DNA of 64,000 nt from Octopus vulgaris (taxonomy: Eukaryota): the NCBI GenBank assembly GCA_951406725.2, contig OX597817.1, positions 9,734,001-9,798,000 of the forward strand, given 5' to 3'. The number at the start of each line of letters is the position of its first letter. The stretch's first letter is position 1. The position numbers and the translations under genes were made by a program. Shown piece by piece: positions 12,800 through 26,500 of this stretch. The notes beneath the pieces were generated by a model, which worked only from the letters and a program-made list of their open reading frames with translations, ran no database searches and was not told the origin of the DNA.

Positions 12800-12929
12800 C
12801 TGAACAACAAATGCAAGCGTTTTTATATAGCATCGTTTTTATATTTCCGTGCGCAGAGGTAACATTGATTAGAGAGCACTGGTCCCCCAGTTTTTTGTTG
12901 GTTCTGTTCAAGCAATATGAGGAAGCTAC

Positions 12930-13155
12930 TTAAGCTAGGAAGTTGACTGAAGCGTTAGAACTCCGAGCAAAAAAATTAGACGCATTTCGTTCGTCATTGC
13001 GTTATGAGTTCAAATTCCGCCGAAGCTGACTTTGTGTTTCATTCTTTCAAGGTCGATAAAAGTCAATAAAATAAATACCAGTTGAAAACTGGGGTCAATG
13101 TAGAAGACTTATTCCCTTCTCCTAAATTGCTGGCCTTGTGCCAAAATTTGAAATA
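12930..13155 (+). mobile_element. Degenerate SINE C
   Basis: gagttcaaattccgccgaagctgactttgtgtttcattctttcaaggtcgataaa core shared with other C copies. Confidence 0.75.
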
Positions 13156-14644
13156 AATATGAAGAGGCTGCTTTGTTGAGAGACACAGTACGATTTCTCT
13201 GAGATGCCTGATGGTGTTTAATAAGAGATTTCCATCTCCCAGATAGTTTCTAATCTTGTTCGATTCTTCTGGATCGCAAATGTTGAAAAATTTTGAATAA
13301 TGACGGAACGAGGTATCATCTCTCGAATGCTTTTATAATTACCTACACATATTTATGCATACATACACACGAACTCAAATTATTGATTTTTCACTTCTTG
13401 TTCCATCCGTCGGTAATGAAAATCTTAATATACTTGAGTTCTTGGTGACTAGAAGTTCTATTTTTTTGAGAGGCAATTGCATTATCTCCACATATAGAAG
13501 AAACGCCTATTTAGCATTAGTGGTTATGGTGTACAGAGCAAAGAGTATTTTCGTGTGCCGTTGCGTTGGACTGCGATTAGATACTCTAAAGTGGATTAGG
13601 AAGTACTTTTTTCTCGGTTGATACTGTACTTGAATGTTTTTGCAGATCTAGTGCATGAAAAGTTGCATCTGATTGCTGACTGGGTCCTGACTGGATTCCA
13701 TCATTCTTTTTCGCACATACTGACAAAAACTTTACTTTCAACTTTCGTTTACTCTGGAATGTACATTTGGTATTGGTCTCGCAACCATTATTTTCACCTT
13801 TATAACCAAACTCAGTGTTACATAAGTTCAGAAACATCTTGCTCTGAACGTAACCAGTGCCAAAGAGTGCTAAAGGACGTCAGTACTAGTTACGTTGAAA
13901 CCGCTTCAGATTTGGATCAGAAGGTTTACGTGAATTACGGAGAATAACTAGTCGAATAATTAACCGTGCCAATCTCCCATTCTCACAATCACCAACAGAC
14001 TTCAAAAAATCTCATTGTCCTCAGACAAACTTCCTAAATTTGCACGAAATTCCACACTTGATTACTCTGGCGGCTTTTGCAGGAGATCCCCACCCATAAT
14101 AATTTCTTTCTACCTGAATTTGGACGATTAGTCAAGGGGACTTCTAAATTTATAGTTTTGATCTCCCAAAATGAAAAAAGCCACTGACCCAAATCAATTC
14201 CGAGTGATTGTGATGATAAACCTTACCCACTGAGACATTTCCAACTCCAGCGAAGTAATTCAGCTGTTGTCTCAAGGAGAAGGGATTCCTCAGCTCAGAG
14301 AAGTTTGTAGTTCGACCAGTTTTCAAGAACTCTAGTGACGGTATCTTTTCATCTCGATAAAAAGCGCATTCGACTATTGAACATCAAAATCAAGCTGTTT
14401 AGTCCTATCAGTTAAACACATAAATAGATCAATCTTACTTGTGACAAACAATATAGTTTTTTGGTTTTCGAGATCCATTGCTGATAAGTGTCATCGCTCA
14501 CAGGATAAGTATACGGTGGATAGCAACATTGATATTAATGTTATTGCTCTTGGATATTTCTAAACCGTTGAACTAAGTATGGCATAAATCGTTGTTTCAT
14601 AAGCTGACCGGTTTACCTTGGCGGGGCTTCTTTTTTCTTTCCAT

Positions 14645-14863
14645 TACGCTTTTACTCTTTTACTCATTTACTTGTTTCAGTCATTTGAGTGCGGCCATGC
14701 TGGAGCACCGCCTTCAGACGAGCAAATCGACCCCAGGACTTATTCTCTGTAAACCTATTACTTATTCCATCGGTCTCTTTTACCGAACCGCTATGTTACG
14801 GGGACGTAACCACACCAGCATCGGTTGTCAAGCGATGTTGGGTGTATAAACACAGGCACAAAA

Positions 14864-14908
<45 letters not shown>

Positions 14909-14919
14909 TATATACATAT

Positions 14920-14967
<48 letters not shown>

Positions 14968-15130
14968 GACGGGCTTCTTTCAGTTCCGTCTACCAAATCC
15001 ACTCACAAGGCTTTGGTCGTCTCGAGGCTATAGCAGAAGGCACTTGCCCAAAATGTCACACAGTGGGACTAAACCTGGAGCCATGTGGTTTGTAAGCAAA
15101 TCTCTTACCACACAGCCACTCCTGCGCCTA
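14645..15130 (-). mobile_element. SINE A
   Basis: Full-length reverse-complement match to 5387-5812. Confidence 0.92.
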
Positions 15131-15362
15131 TATAATTATTCCTGAAAGGGAGAAGTCCCAAAGTTTCTACTATCTTCCCGTCTTCTAAAATTCATGAACG
15201 CAACACAGACGTACCACATAGACATATCCTGGGATCGATGCTCTTCCTGCTGAGTATCAGTTATTTACTGGACAAAATGCCAAGATAATTTATCGATATA
15301 TTACTGTATGAAAACACTCATCGTATGAGTGATGAGTGCGGTGGTTAGGAAACATCACTGGT

Positions 15363-15399
15363 CATCCATCCATCCATCCATCCATCCATCCATCCATCC

Positions 15400-15455
<56 letters not shown>

Positions 15456-15468
15456 GTCTATCTATCTG

Positions 15469-15539
<71 letters not shown>

Positions 15540-15540
15540 G

Positions 15541-15615
<75 letters not shown>

Positions 15616-15627
15616 GTCTATCTATCA

Positions 15628-15693
<66 letters not shown>

Positions 15694-15805
15694 GTCTATT
15701 TGTCTGTCTATCTGTCTGTTTGTCTGTCTGTATCTATCTCCCCTCCCTCTCTCTCTCTATCTATCTATCTCTCTACCTATCTACCTATCTCTCTGTCTGT
15801 CTCTT
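15363..15805. repeat. (CATC)n(TATC)n microsatellite
   Basis: Read directly from the sequence. Confidence 0.98.
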
Positions 15806-16080
15806 TATCTTGGGGGAATGGGTCGGTGACGATGCTGGAGCTTAGAAAACATGTTATTTACAGATTGAGATCCTGTCAGTGTGTAAGTAGCAGAGAGAGT
15901 GATGGGGGTTGGTACTGGTTAGAGGTAAGTGATAATGTTATTCGGACGTCGTTAATCTTTATTCTTCTCAACACAACTATTAGTTTTGTGATGAATTTTA
16001 TCTTCTGAAGTGTACAACTATTTCTGTATTTTTAAACAATGTATCTTAGTTAAACAGAAGGAACTCGATCTATTGAATTA

Positions 16081-16155
<75 letters not shown>

Positions 16156-16236
16156 CGCACACACACACACATACACACACGCACACACACACACGCACAC
16201 ACACACACACACACTCTCTCTCTCTCTCTCTCTCTC
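16081..16236. repeat. (CA)n(CT)n microsatellite
   Basis: Read directly from the sequence. Confidence 0.98.
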
Positions 16237-16689
16237 TTGTTATTGTATGTATACGCTTCTGTACACACACGCGAACCGGAAGCTACCAACCAGAAACAGG
16301 AAATGATGGCTGGTATCTGAAATTTTATCTTTCAGCGAATATAGTCGGCATATTTTTTTTCACTTTCTACAAGTATATTTTCAGACTGTCTTAAAATTCA
16401 AACGCATTGCTGCGAAACACCTCACACCTTTACTTAGTTGTGGATCAAATTGACGTATTCAAGTGGAAACACACGAGGTTTGCTTCAATACATAATGAGA
16501 AAAAAAAACAAATAATTAGAAAAAACAATGCAGAGTAAGTTAATATTTATAAAAAATATATATTTGCATGTCCACTTGTGAGTTTATACTTTATGAATAT
16601 TTTCATCCGTCTCTGTCATTGCCTTAGAAAAGAAACCAAATTATTTCGAAATGAATCTTTTTGTTTTTACACACCCATAAAAATACGTT

Positions 16690-17955
16690 CACGTATGTAT
16701 CAAAAGTATCAAAAAGTTCTCGGATTAGTTAAGTCTTGTAAAAAGTAACTTCATCTCCTTCGAAATTTCACCTTGCGCAGTAGTACACCGGTCCCAGCAT
16801 TCATATTTCTGTATTGCCCACAAGGGGACAAACAAGGACAGGCAAACGGATTAAGTCGAAAATATCGACCCCAGTGCATAATTGGTACTTATTTAATCGA
16901 CCGCGAACGGATGAAAGGCAAAGTCGACCTTGGCAGAATTTGAACTCAGAACGTAGCGGCAGATGAAATACCTACTTCTTTACTACCCACAAGGGGCTAA
17001 ACACAGAGAGGGCAAACAAGGACAGACAAACGGATTAAGTCGATTATATCGACCCCAGTGCGTAACTGGTACTTAATTTATCGACTCCGAAAGAATGAAA
17101 GGCAAAGTCGACCTCGGCGGAATTTGAACGCAGAACGTAACGGCAGACAAAATACAGGTACGCATTTCGTCCGGCGTGCTAACGTTTCTGCCAGCTCGCC
17201 GGTCCCAGCATTCAAGTCACTTTTGGAACCAGCCTTGAAGCAATTCTCCGTAAGCGAGTGGAAGACCTTCCGGGATTCTCTCTAGATCTCAACAACAGTG
17301 TTAAAACGGTGTCCTTTGAGCTGCATTTTCATCTTGGTGAAGATACAGAAGTCCACAGATGCTAAATTTGGCAAATAGAGCGGGTGCAGAAGCGATACCA
17401 TGTCATTTTTGGCAAGAAACAGACGAGTGAGGTGACAGGGTGCATTGTCGTCGTGAAGAATCCAATTCTTCACGTTCCACAGATTTGGTTGCTTTCGACT
17501 AATGTCCTCCCTCAAAACATCGCAGTAGAACTCTCGATTAACGGTTTAGCCCTGGGAGACGAACTCACGATGCACAATACTGCGTATGAGGGAGGAAAAC
17601 GTCTGGGGACGTTCTTCCGCTTTTGAAGCGCCCGTGCCACTCGAAGCATTGTGTATGATCCACTGTCTCGTCGCCGTAAGCTTGTCGAAGTTTACTCAAT
17701 GTCTCCGTAGTAGACTTTCCATGTTTAACCTAACATTTCCCGTTGGCTCTTTCTTCCAACTGTCTATGACAAAAATTGCAGACTACAGCATATACGTAAT
17801 CGCCAAAGCACAAATTTCACAACTGCAAAGTAAAAACGGTGACGTCACTTGACACACAGCCTCATGAAAGTCACTGCTAGCTCTCACTGCGCACGCAACC
17901 GTGTGCTGCCATCTGAACAAGTTCGAGTACTTTTTTGTTACCACTTCCGTATATA
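16690..17955 (-). mobile_element. Internally deleted mariner element with SINE C dimer inserted
   Basis: WILHDDNAPCH...HPLYLPNLASVDFCIFTKMKMQLKGHRF at 17282-17515. Degenerate TIR-like ends near 16700 and 17920-17955. Confidence 0.8.
16804..17200 (-). mobile_element. SINE C head-body-body dimer with TSD
   Basis: ccggtcccagcattca repeated at 16788-16803 and 17199-17214. Internal junction gaaatacc|tacttc at 16972/16973. Confidence 0.9.
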
Positions 17956-18013
17956 TGGTGGTATGCAAATAAGTATGTATATACATGTGGCTGTGTCTGT
18001 GTGGTAAGTAGCT

Positions 18014-18420
18014 AGGCGCAGGAGTGGCTGTGTAGTAAGTAGCTTGCTTACCAACCACATGGTTCCGGGTTCAGTCCCACTGCGTGGCACCTTGGGCAGG
18101 TGTCTTCTACTATAGCCTTGGGCCGATCAAAGCCTTGTGAGTGGATTTGGTCGACGGAAAGTGAAAGAAGCCCATCGTATATATGTATATATATGTGTGT
18201 GTGTGTGTGTGTTTGTGTTTGTGTTTGTCCCACCAACATCACTTGACAACCGATGCTGGTGTGTTTACGTCCCCGTAACTTAGCAGTTCGGCAAAAGAGA
18301 CCGATAGAATAAGTACAGACTTGCAAAAAATAGGTCCTGGGGTCAATTTGCTCGACTAAAGGCAGTGCTCCAGCATGGCCGCAGTCAAATGACTGAAACA
18401 AGTAAAAGAGTAAAAGAGAG
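18014..18420 (+). mobile_element. SINE A
   Basis: Full-length match to 5387-5812; a short remnant of another head precedes it. Confidence 0.92.
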
Positions 18421-18427
18421 ACTAAGA

Positions 18428-21215
18428 GTATTATTTTATTTATTTTTTTTATTCTATCTAGTTTCAGCTCACGAACTGTGGCCATGCTGGGGCACCGCCA
18501 TTTGGTGTTGCTACATGGTTTTACTTCACGAATGCTTTTTAGCAATTGCCATTTGGTGCATGAGAGAGTTCGATGCAGCTGCCCTCATCTGCACCTCCTG
18601 CCGTGAAGTTGGTTCATCTGGGACACCTGACAGGAAGAAATCCAGTTTTATTTTAAAGACATCTGCATCCACCCCATGCAGGTCTCTCAGGTTCTTCGGG
18701 AGGATATTGAAGAGCTGTGGGCCTCTGAAGCCCAGGCTATCACAGTATCTTGTCCTACATCTTGATGGCAAATTTGGAGTCCTTGGCACTATGCAGTGGC
18801 GCCCAGTTCTAGCATTTGTGTAACTCTCGATGCCAAAGTTTGGGACAAGTCCTTCTAGGATCTTCCAGATGTATATTATGGCATATCTTTCTCGCCTACG
18901 CTCTAAGGAATAGAGTCTTAATCTCTAGTCTTTCCCAGTAGCTTATATGCTGCACAGAGGCTATCTTCTTCGTGTAGCTTCGTTGGATCGCCTCAAGTTC
19001 TGTGATTAACTTGACACTGGATGGTGACCATAGCTGAGAGCAATAGTCAAAGTGGCTTAGGACAAGTGTCCTCCAGAGGACCATCATGGTTTCCTGGTCT
19101 CTTGTTCTAAAGGTTCTAAGAATCCATCCAGTCAGCCGCCTACATTTCATTGCCAATTTAGCAACATGCACATGAAAGGTTGCATCATCACTCATGTAAA
19201 TACCCAGGTCTCGCACTGATTGTGCCTCTGGGATTGCAATCCCTCCAGGTCCCGTGTATTTATTGGGTATTGCATTTAGTTTTGCATGCTGATAGCATAA
19301 AGCTTGAAACTTTTCAGCATTGAACTGCATGCTATTCTTTTCAGCCCACTTGTATATTTTGTCCAGCTCACATTGCAGGTGCATAGTGTCTTCAGGGTTC
19401 TGTATTGCCTGTGAAACTTTTGTATCATCTGCATAACTTGTGATCGTGGCTCTCTGCGTGGCTGAGGGTATGTCTGAGAGGGCCATTATAAACAGTAGTG
19501 GTCCCAAAACAGTGCCTTGCGGAACACCGCTCACTATTTGCGTGTTATTGGAGGTGGCCCCATTGGCTACTACCACCTGACTTCTATCCTTCAGAAAGTC
19601 ATGAAGCCATTCTCCCAATTTTCCAACTATGCCAAGATCACGCAGTTTGTGACATATCATTCCATGATCGACTTTATCAAAGGCCTTTGCAAAGTCGAGA
19701 TATATCACTTCCACATTTGAGTGGTTGAGCAGTCGTTTCAGCACCCAGTCATAGTGTTGTAGGAGCTGAGTTAAGCAGCTTCTTCCTGGTCGGAAACCAT
19801 GTTGGGTGTCTGGCAGCAAGTCATTTTCTTCAAGGAAGGTGATTAGTTTCCTTCTGACTATTCGTTCCATGACCTTGCTGATGTGTTAGAGGTCAGAGAG
19901 ATAGGTCTGTAGTTCTTGGCCTCCGCTCTGCTACCTCCTTTATGAATAGGGCATATTTTACCTTCCTTCAGTTTTCTTGGAAGTTTGCCAGTTGCAAGGA
20001 AGCTCTGAAAGAGGAACTGCAGTGGTCTTGCTAGGACTATCTTACATACTTTTAGAAGGATTGCTGGGAATCCATCGGGGCCAGTAGCTGAGTTTGTTTT
20101 CATTTCATCTATAGCCTTTATTACATCGTCTTCCTTTATATTGATGTAATCAATCATCGCTGCTTCTGATTTTACATCTGCAGTGGTAAAGAAGTCAGTT
20201 GGATTGCTGACTTGAAAATGCCTTAGGGGTGGAGTGAAAATACTCTTGAATTGCTCATTTAGTATTTCACTTATCCTCATTGGATTTCCTGTGAGTGTAC
20301 CATCCTTTTCAAGGAGTGGCCCTATCCTACAGAGCACCGTAGCTGTTTCTTTGGCATACCTGTAGAAAACTCTGGGGTTAGATTTTATGTTGTCTATAGC
20401 CCAAGCTTCTTTGTCTGCTCTTTCTTTTTCATGGGAGAGTTGCAGACATTTTTCAATTTCCAACAGTTTTATTTTCACTGCTTTCAATTTGTTTGTTTAG
20501 GCGATTTGAAACTTTTGTACGCCGTCTCATTAGAAGTTTCCTCTCTCTGGGGATTTTGTTCTTGTGTACAGTGGCCTTTCTCTCTGGGACACAATTGTAG
20601 CATATGGCTTGCATTACAGACATGAATTGTTGAAGTTTCATGTCGATGTCAGGCCAGTTTTGTTTGAGGATCTCTTTCTCAATTTGTTTCCAGTTTACCT
20701 TATGGAAGTTCAAGCTGGAAAGATTCTGAGAGCTTCTTGTAGGCTGCATGTCCATGCTTTCCTTTGGCTCGTACATAGTCAGCTCTACCATGTTGTGATC
20801 CGAGAGTAGTGTCGGTGTCACTTTCACATTATGGATGAGATCCATATTATTTGTGAAGCAGAGATCCAGTATGTTACCTGCCCTGGTTGGTTGGAGTATT
20901 ATTTGCTCCATATACAGAGTGTTGATGAGGTTCAGGCAGGACCTCGCCTGTCCTCGTTCGCATCGTGTCATTCCTGGGAGAGAAAGCCCTCGGGCCATCT
21001 GACATTGGGCAGATTGAAGTCTCCCATAAGAAGTACACTTATGTGTTGTTCTAATGTGACTAGAACTTCTATTTTTATAAGGCAGTCTTCAAACTTGCCT
21101 ACATGGCTTGGGGCATCTGGAGGCGATATGTAGCACATATAACTACACCAAGTTGCCTTATATGTACAATTAGTGTGTCACACACCGAATTTGAGTATGA
21201 CAAAAGGACTTGGGA
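18428..21215 (-). mobile_element. CR1/L2-group LINE, 5'-truncated ORF2 (APE + RT) with several frameshifts
   Basis: GDFNLP, PTRAGNILDLCF, SDHN (endonuclease); NYRPISLTS, QHGFRPGRSCLTQL, YLDFAKAFDKVDH, SGVPQGTVLGPLLF, YADD (RT). Spread over ORFs 20453-20998, 19858-20487, 18896-19870 and 18526-18789, with an A-rich tail. Confidence 0.95.
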
Positions 21216-21219
21216 TGTG

Positions 21220-21441
21220 AGGTATGTATGTAAGCTTATGTATGTGTGTGTATGTATGAATAAATGTATGCATATGTATGTATGAATGCATGTATGCGTG
21301 TATGCATGAATATATATGTATTAATGTATGCATGTATCTACTCATATAGCTAGCTATAGCTTATTTGATTTGTTTTTCTCTCTAGTTCCTTATTCATTAT
21401 CAGCGTTTCTCCCTCACACTCCCTTTCCTTCTCCCTATCTG

Positions 21442-21512
<71 letters not shown>

Positions 21513-21517
21513 CTCTC

Positions 21518-21581
<64 letters not shown>

Positions 21582-21790
21582 GCATATTTATGTGTACGTC
21601 TCTGTTTCTACCCACTATTTACTTAATTACACAACTATATACACATAGATACCTACATAGATAAATACGCGCATACGCATGTATGTGCGTGCGTATATAT
21701 ATACATACATACATGCATACATACATACATGCATACATACATACATATATAAATACATGCATACATACGTTCCTACATACATGCAGACAT
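21220..21790. repeat. (TATG)n, (TATC)n and (CATA)n microsatellite block
   Basis: Read directly from the sequence. Confidence 0.95.
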
Positions 21791-21967
21791 ACCGGTCTCC
21801 ATCGCAACGAAACAGAGAGCCCTACCGCGAGGCACTTGACGTGCCTATGGAATCTTAATAGCAAAAATAGCTTCGCGTCTAAGAGTCACAATCTGAATTA
21901 GTCAACGATAAATTAATATTAAAATGAAACTCTCCCGCGAGCTCGCACACACACACACACACACACA

Positions 21968-22025
21968 ACTCCATGTCCCCCCTACATGGCCTTGCTTTTT
22001 GCTTTTTGAGCCAAAAAAATTAACT
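21968..22025 (+). mobile_element. Extreme 3' tip of the CR1-like family seen at 34201-35280, inside (CA)n
   Basis: aactccatgtcccccctacatggccttgctttttgctttttgagccaaa matches about 35211-35257. Confidence 0.8.
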
Positions 22026-22059
22026 CACACACACACACACACACACACACGTACACGCA

Positions 22060-22094
<35 letters not shown>

Positions 22095-22599
22095 ACACGC
22101 ACGTACACAGTCACATACATAAACGCACACACATACTCGCACACGCGCAGAATGCAAGTGTACAAAAGCAAGCATTTGTTGAGTATCAAATAGCAGCCGT
22201 AATTTCGTAAGTGCCAGTATTTCGTTTAATACTTTTCAGTTGATAATTTGGGGCTTCTTCCAGAATCACTTAGATGTTGTGTGTAGCTAAATTACATTTT
22301 GCATTTAGAGCATGACATGTACGAATATTTTGGCATAATTTCTCATTGTAGTTTTATGTATTTACATTTTAAAGAAGGAAGTCTTGAAAACGATATGAAA
22401 GGAAAAATGCAGGCTCCGCCAACCACCCGCAGTATGTTGTGTTGAGATTGTTATAAGAAAGTGCACATTGGCCTGACTGTGGTATTCAGACAGCAAGTTA
22501 TGCAAATGTAGTAGGTCCTCAAAATGAAAGTACTTCAAAAGAAATGGCTTCCTGTGACGTCAGAGAGATGCGCACACAGACTTTTTGTTCGGCAATAAT

Positions 22600-23600
22600 T
22601 GCCGGTTTTTCCTAGGATTTGTAGATTCTTAGTCAGCTGCATTGCACAGTTTCCGGCACAGCTATTATACAGGATGCGTCTGTCATTAATATCTCAAGTT
22701 ATGGATCGTTTCTGCATTCGCTAGTGCTTGCTAGTGGTAACAGAAGTTTGGGAATGAAATTTTATGTTATAATGTGACATCTGGAAATCAATGCTGCAAA
22801 CAACTGTAACTCATTTTAATCAAATTGGCATTGAAAAGTTTGTTACATAGTAGGTAAAGGGGTGGGATGATATAATAAATCCCCACGGTGATCGAACGTG
22901 TGTCATCAAGGTATACCAGCAAGTTTCAATGTTCATTATTATATTGATGCCGAAGCTGGTGACTTTTTTCTACCTCTCGAGGGCTTTCGTTAAATAGATT
23001 AAGATAAGATTATGTGGGAATCTGCGCAGTTTATTAGTTCCTACATCACTGAAATACTTGATATTGGCGGCGTGCGGTTCCATTGTGCTAGCATCATTTT
23101 ATTTCTAATCCTAACGAAGATTAGCTTACTAATTAAATCCAATTCCTTTTGGAGAGCTCTGTACCTAGGGACTGACACGAAATTAATCTCATGGTTTATA
23201 AGGATGATGTAGCATTTTCCAAAAATGGGGGGTTCCCCGCAGCTTTCTATCTGTAACTGTGGACCTAATTATTTATTTCTTGTGTTAACCATATAACGTA
23301 GTAGGTATAGTAATTTTATACCCTGGTTGATGTTCAGATGATGTTATTTGAAATGTTGCGAGAGTTGTTTTTTTGGCATTTAGTTCACTATTTTGTGTTT
23401 TATTTCCAAGTAATGAGTGTTTGGGTGTGTTTGAACAAGATATATCGTTGTTTCAGTGTTTAAGAAAAAGCTACCCCACAATTTTTTTACAAATCTTTTA
23501 AATCTAATTTACAGTTTCTAGCTTCCATGATCTTTATTCTGTGAGGAGAAATATATTTGAGTTCTATGCTACACTTGTCTGTTTGTGTTTCAGTAAGCAT
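22600..23600 (-). mobile_element. Very old LINE-like relic (tentative)
   Basis: Decayed MLAQWN and VG(D)F-like endonuclease hints with many stops. Weak support. Confidence 0.25.
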
Positions 23601-24423
23601 ATTTTTGTAGACAAACGCTTCTTCTTATATGCAAAATTAAACTATGGGAGGTCCCGATTCGACGCATAGTATTTGGATGTAAATGTATGAGGCGGCTCTG
23701 TCCACAATATTGCGAATTTTGAGGGCACACGGTCCAGTAGATGCGAAAGGTATGAGAGAGAGTGGCTGAGTTCTGTCTCTTAATACGCATGATACAGAGT
23801 ATAACAAGGATGGGCTTTTGAGTTACTCATACAATCCATCCGAGAGGCTTCGTATAGTTTCTAATTAACCAATTCCACTTACAAAGCTTGAGCAAACCTG
23901 CAGCTATGGTAATGACTCTTACATGAGGTGTCACGAAATGTGATCAAAGCCGGAACCTTTTGGCTCCGAAGAGAACTTCTTAACTGCTGAACATGACTAC
24001 GTCTATATGATACACACATAAACACGCGTTCAAGACACGTGCACACAGATAGGCAAACACAAGCACATACAAACACACACACACAAACACACACACACAC
24101 ACAGCACACAGACACACACACGTAAATAGTTGAAAGAGTGTTGCCAAACGTTGAGATGACAGCAATATGTTCGTTGGGATGACTGGACCGGCGTCACAAG
24201 GCGCCGTTCCAATCTTAGCAGAGATTCGGTGACAGACTCTTTTTTGGTGGGGATTTTTGTAGTAATAATTGGTTACGCGATATCAAAGTGGTGCTTTAAA
24301 AAGAGCAGGAGTTTGCTTTTGTATCTTTCAAATTACCTTATGACTTTTGTGTGTTTCTCTGTGTGTATTTGTATGTGTGTGTAGTAGGTTGCATGGGTGG
24401 GTGGAGGGGGCCGAAGCGCCTAT

Positions 24424-24820
24424 TACTCTTTTACTCTTTTACTCTTTTACTTGTTTCAGTCATTTGACTGCGGCCATGCTGGAGCACCGCATTTAGTCGA
24501 GCAACTCGACCCCGGGACTTATTCTATCGGTCTCTTTTGCCGAGCCGCTAAGTGACGGGGACATAAACGCACCAGCATCGGTTGTCAAGCAATGCTAGGG
24601 GGACAAACACAGACACACAAACACACAAACACACACATATATATATACATATATACGACAGGCTTCTTTCAGTTTCCGTCTACCAAATCCACTCACAAGG
24701 CTTTGGTCGGCCCGAGGCTATAGAAGAAGACACTAGACCAAGGTGTCACGCAGTGGGACTGAACCCGGAACCATGTGGTTGGTAAACAAGCTACTTACCA
24801 CACAGCCACTCCTTCACCTA
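24424..24820 (-). mobile_element. SINE A
   Basis: Reverse-complement match to the family. Confidence 0.92.
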
Positions 24821-25073
24821 TATACATAAATAGGCAATAAAACATTTATTTATGTATGTAGCAGATTCAATATATCCATATTGTTATTTTTAATGCTTAT
24901 AACAAGAGGAGGAAAGAGAATAAAAGTACAGCAGTAAAAATAAAGTATGTTTTACAGTTACATAGACAAATGTTTCCCTCACCATAAATGACACAGTGAA
25001 CTATTTTTGAAAGGCAGTGATCACAACTAAACATTAGTAGAAATTACTTCAAAAATTGATACCTATCTATTTA

Positions 25074-25160
<87 letters not shown>

Positions 25161-25622
25161 AATGGTAATATTTACATAAGTTTATATTACCAATTCAGAA
25201 CAAAATATGCAGTATATTTATCTGTCCATAACATTGGTAGCTTATCGTTAGATAATTACAAAGATTTAGCGTTGCTCGTGTAATACGGAGTATTTTAAAG
25301 ACATCTGACTTGCAAACTGCTTCTAATTTGTATTTGGACATGTTTACATATGAATGTAGAAGCAACGGAAGCTATAGCAGCAAATATATGACTGTATATT
25401 AGGTACCTAATAAATATTCTTATTCAGTTACAGATAGACATACCAGCAAAATTTAGATATTTGCAAAACAAATATAGCATATTACGGAGATGTACCTGCA
25501 TAGCAAGTGATTTGATCTGAGATCGTGTGCTGAAACGAAAACAATTGCAGCGTGGAAGGTGTTTGTAAGCGATTTAAGAAACACACAAAATCCGTTCGAT
25601 TCACTTCAACATTTAAGTTTAA

Positions 25623-25672
25623 TTTGTCAAAATATTTTCGTCGCTAGAATCCGCGACCTGTTCACTGACAAA
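25623..25672 (-). ncRNA. Minimal hammerhead motif, G3-C8 variant
   Basis: tttgtca-GTGAACA-g-gtcgc(ggattcta)gcgac-GAA-A(atat)T-t-tgacaaa. Confidence 0.6.
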
Positions 25673-25694
25673 AATCCGTGCTGTATCTCGGATT

Positions 25695-25745
25695 TTTGTC
25701 AGTGAACAGGTCGCGGTCTTAAAGCGACGAAAATATTTTGACAAA
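25695..25745 (+). ncRNA. Minimal hammerhead motif, G3-C8 variant
   Basis: tttgtca-GTGAACA-g-gtcgc(ggtcttaaa)gcgac-GAA-A(atat)T-t-tgacaaa. Confidence 0.62.
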
Positions 25746-25906
25746 TTAAACTTAAATGTTGAAGTGAATCCAACGGCTTTTGTGTGTTTCTTAAATGGCT
25801 TACAAACACCTTCCACGCTGCAAATATAGCATAACTGTATATATTTTTATGCTTTCTGAAATGATATATAAGTCCCAGCATGTCTTCAAACACGCAAGGA
25901 CAAGTG

Positions 25907-25965
<59 letters not shown>

Positions 25966-26450
25966 ATGTGCGCGCGCGCGCGCGTGTGTGTGTAGGTGCT
26001 TCGGTACCCTCAGTAACAGTAACTGACAATTAAATTTTTCCCATATACGTGCGCGCACGCACACACATACACACATGCACACACGCACAAACACATTCCC
26101 CTCCACACACACATATATATACATACATACATGCATATGTATATATATATGTGTTATATAATTATATATATTATTTATCCCCTCCGCGAAAGATGAGCAA
26201 TTACCTCCCCTCTCCCCAATGATAACAAACCTCCCATTAAATTTTTTTTACTTGTTAAATCATTCATTCACAAACTCCTACACACACAACATGGACTAAA
26301 ATCCGCTTAAGAAAAATACGAATTTACAATAATCTCAATGTCATGATTGCCGAAAGCGAAACCGCTCAACAAACACAATGTAGAGTATATTAAAATTATA
26401 TCAAAACTATGTAAAATGCGTGCATTTTCCTTCTTTAATTTTATATATTT

Positions 26451-26483
<33 letters not shown>

Positions 26484-26500
<17 letters not shown>

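Larger units (their letters stand above)
25486..25822. mobile_element. Inverted dimer of a Penelope-like short repeat, bounded by a 13-bp direct repeat
   Basis: Arms of about 130 bp around a 10-nt spacer at 25679-25688. caaatatagcata at 25469-25481 and 25821-25833. A monomer occurs at 31665-31868. Confidence 0.85.

Noticed and set aside
13330-14560. Non-microsatellite blocks that might be decayed transposases (also 49580-50440 and 55200-55860)
   Set aside because: No diagnostic motif could be recognised by eye; a translated search is needed.
18896-19870. 324-aa RT ORF as a retron, group II intron or domesticated gene
   Set aside because: It is collinear with frameshifted endonuclease and C-terminal pieces and a LINE tail, so it is an ordinary LINE.
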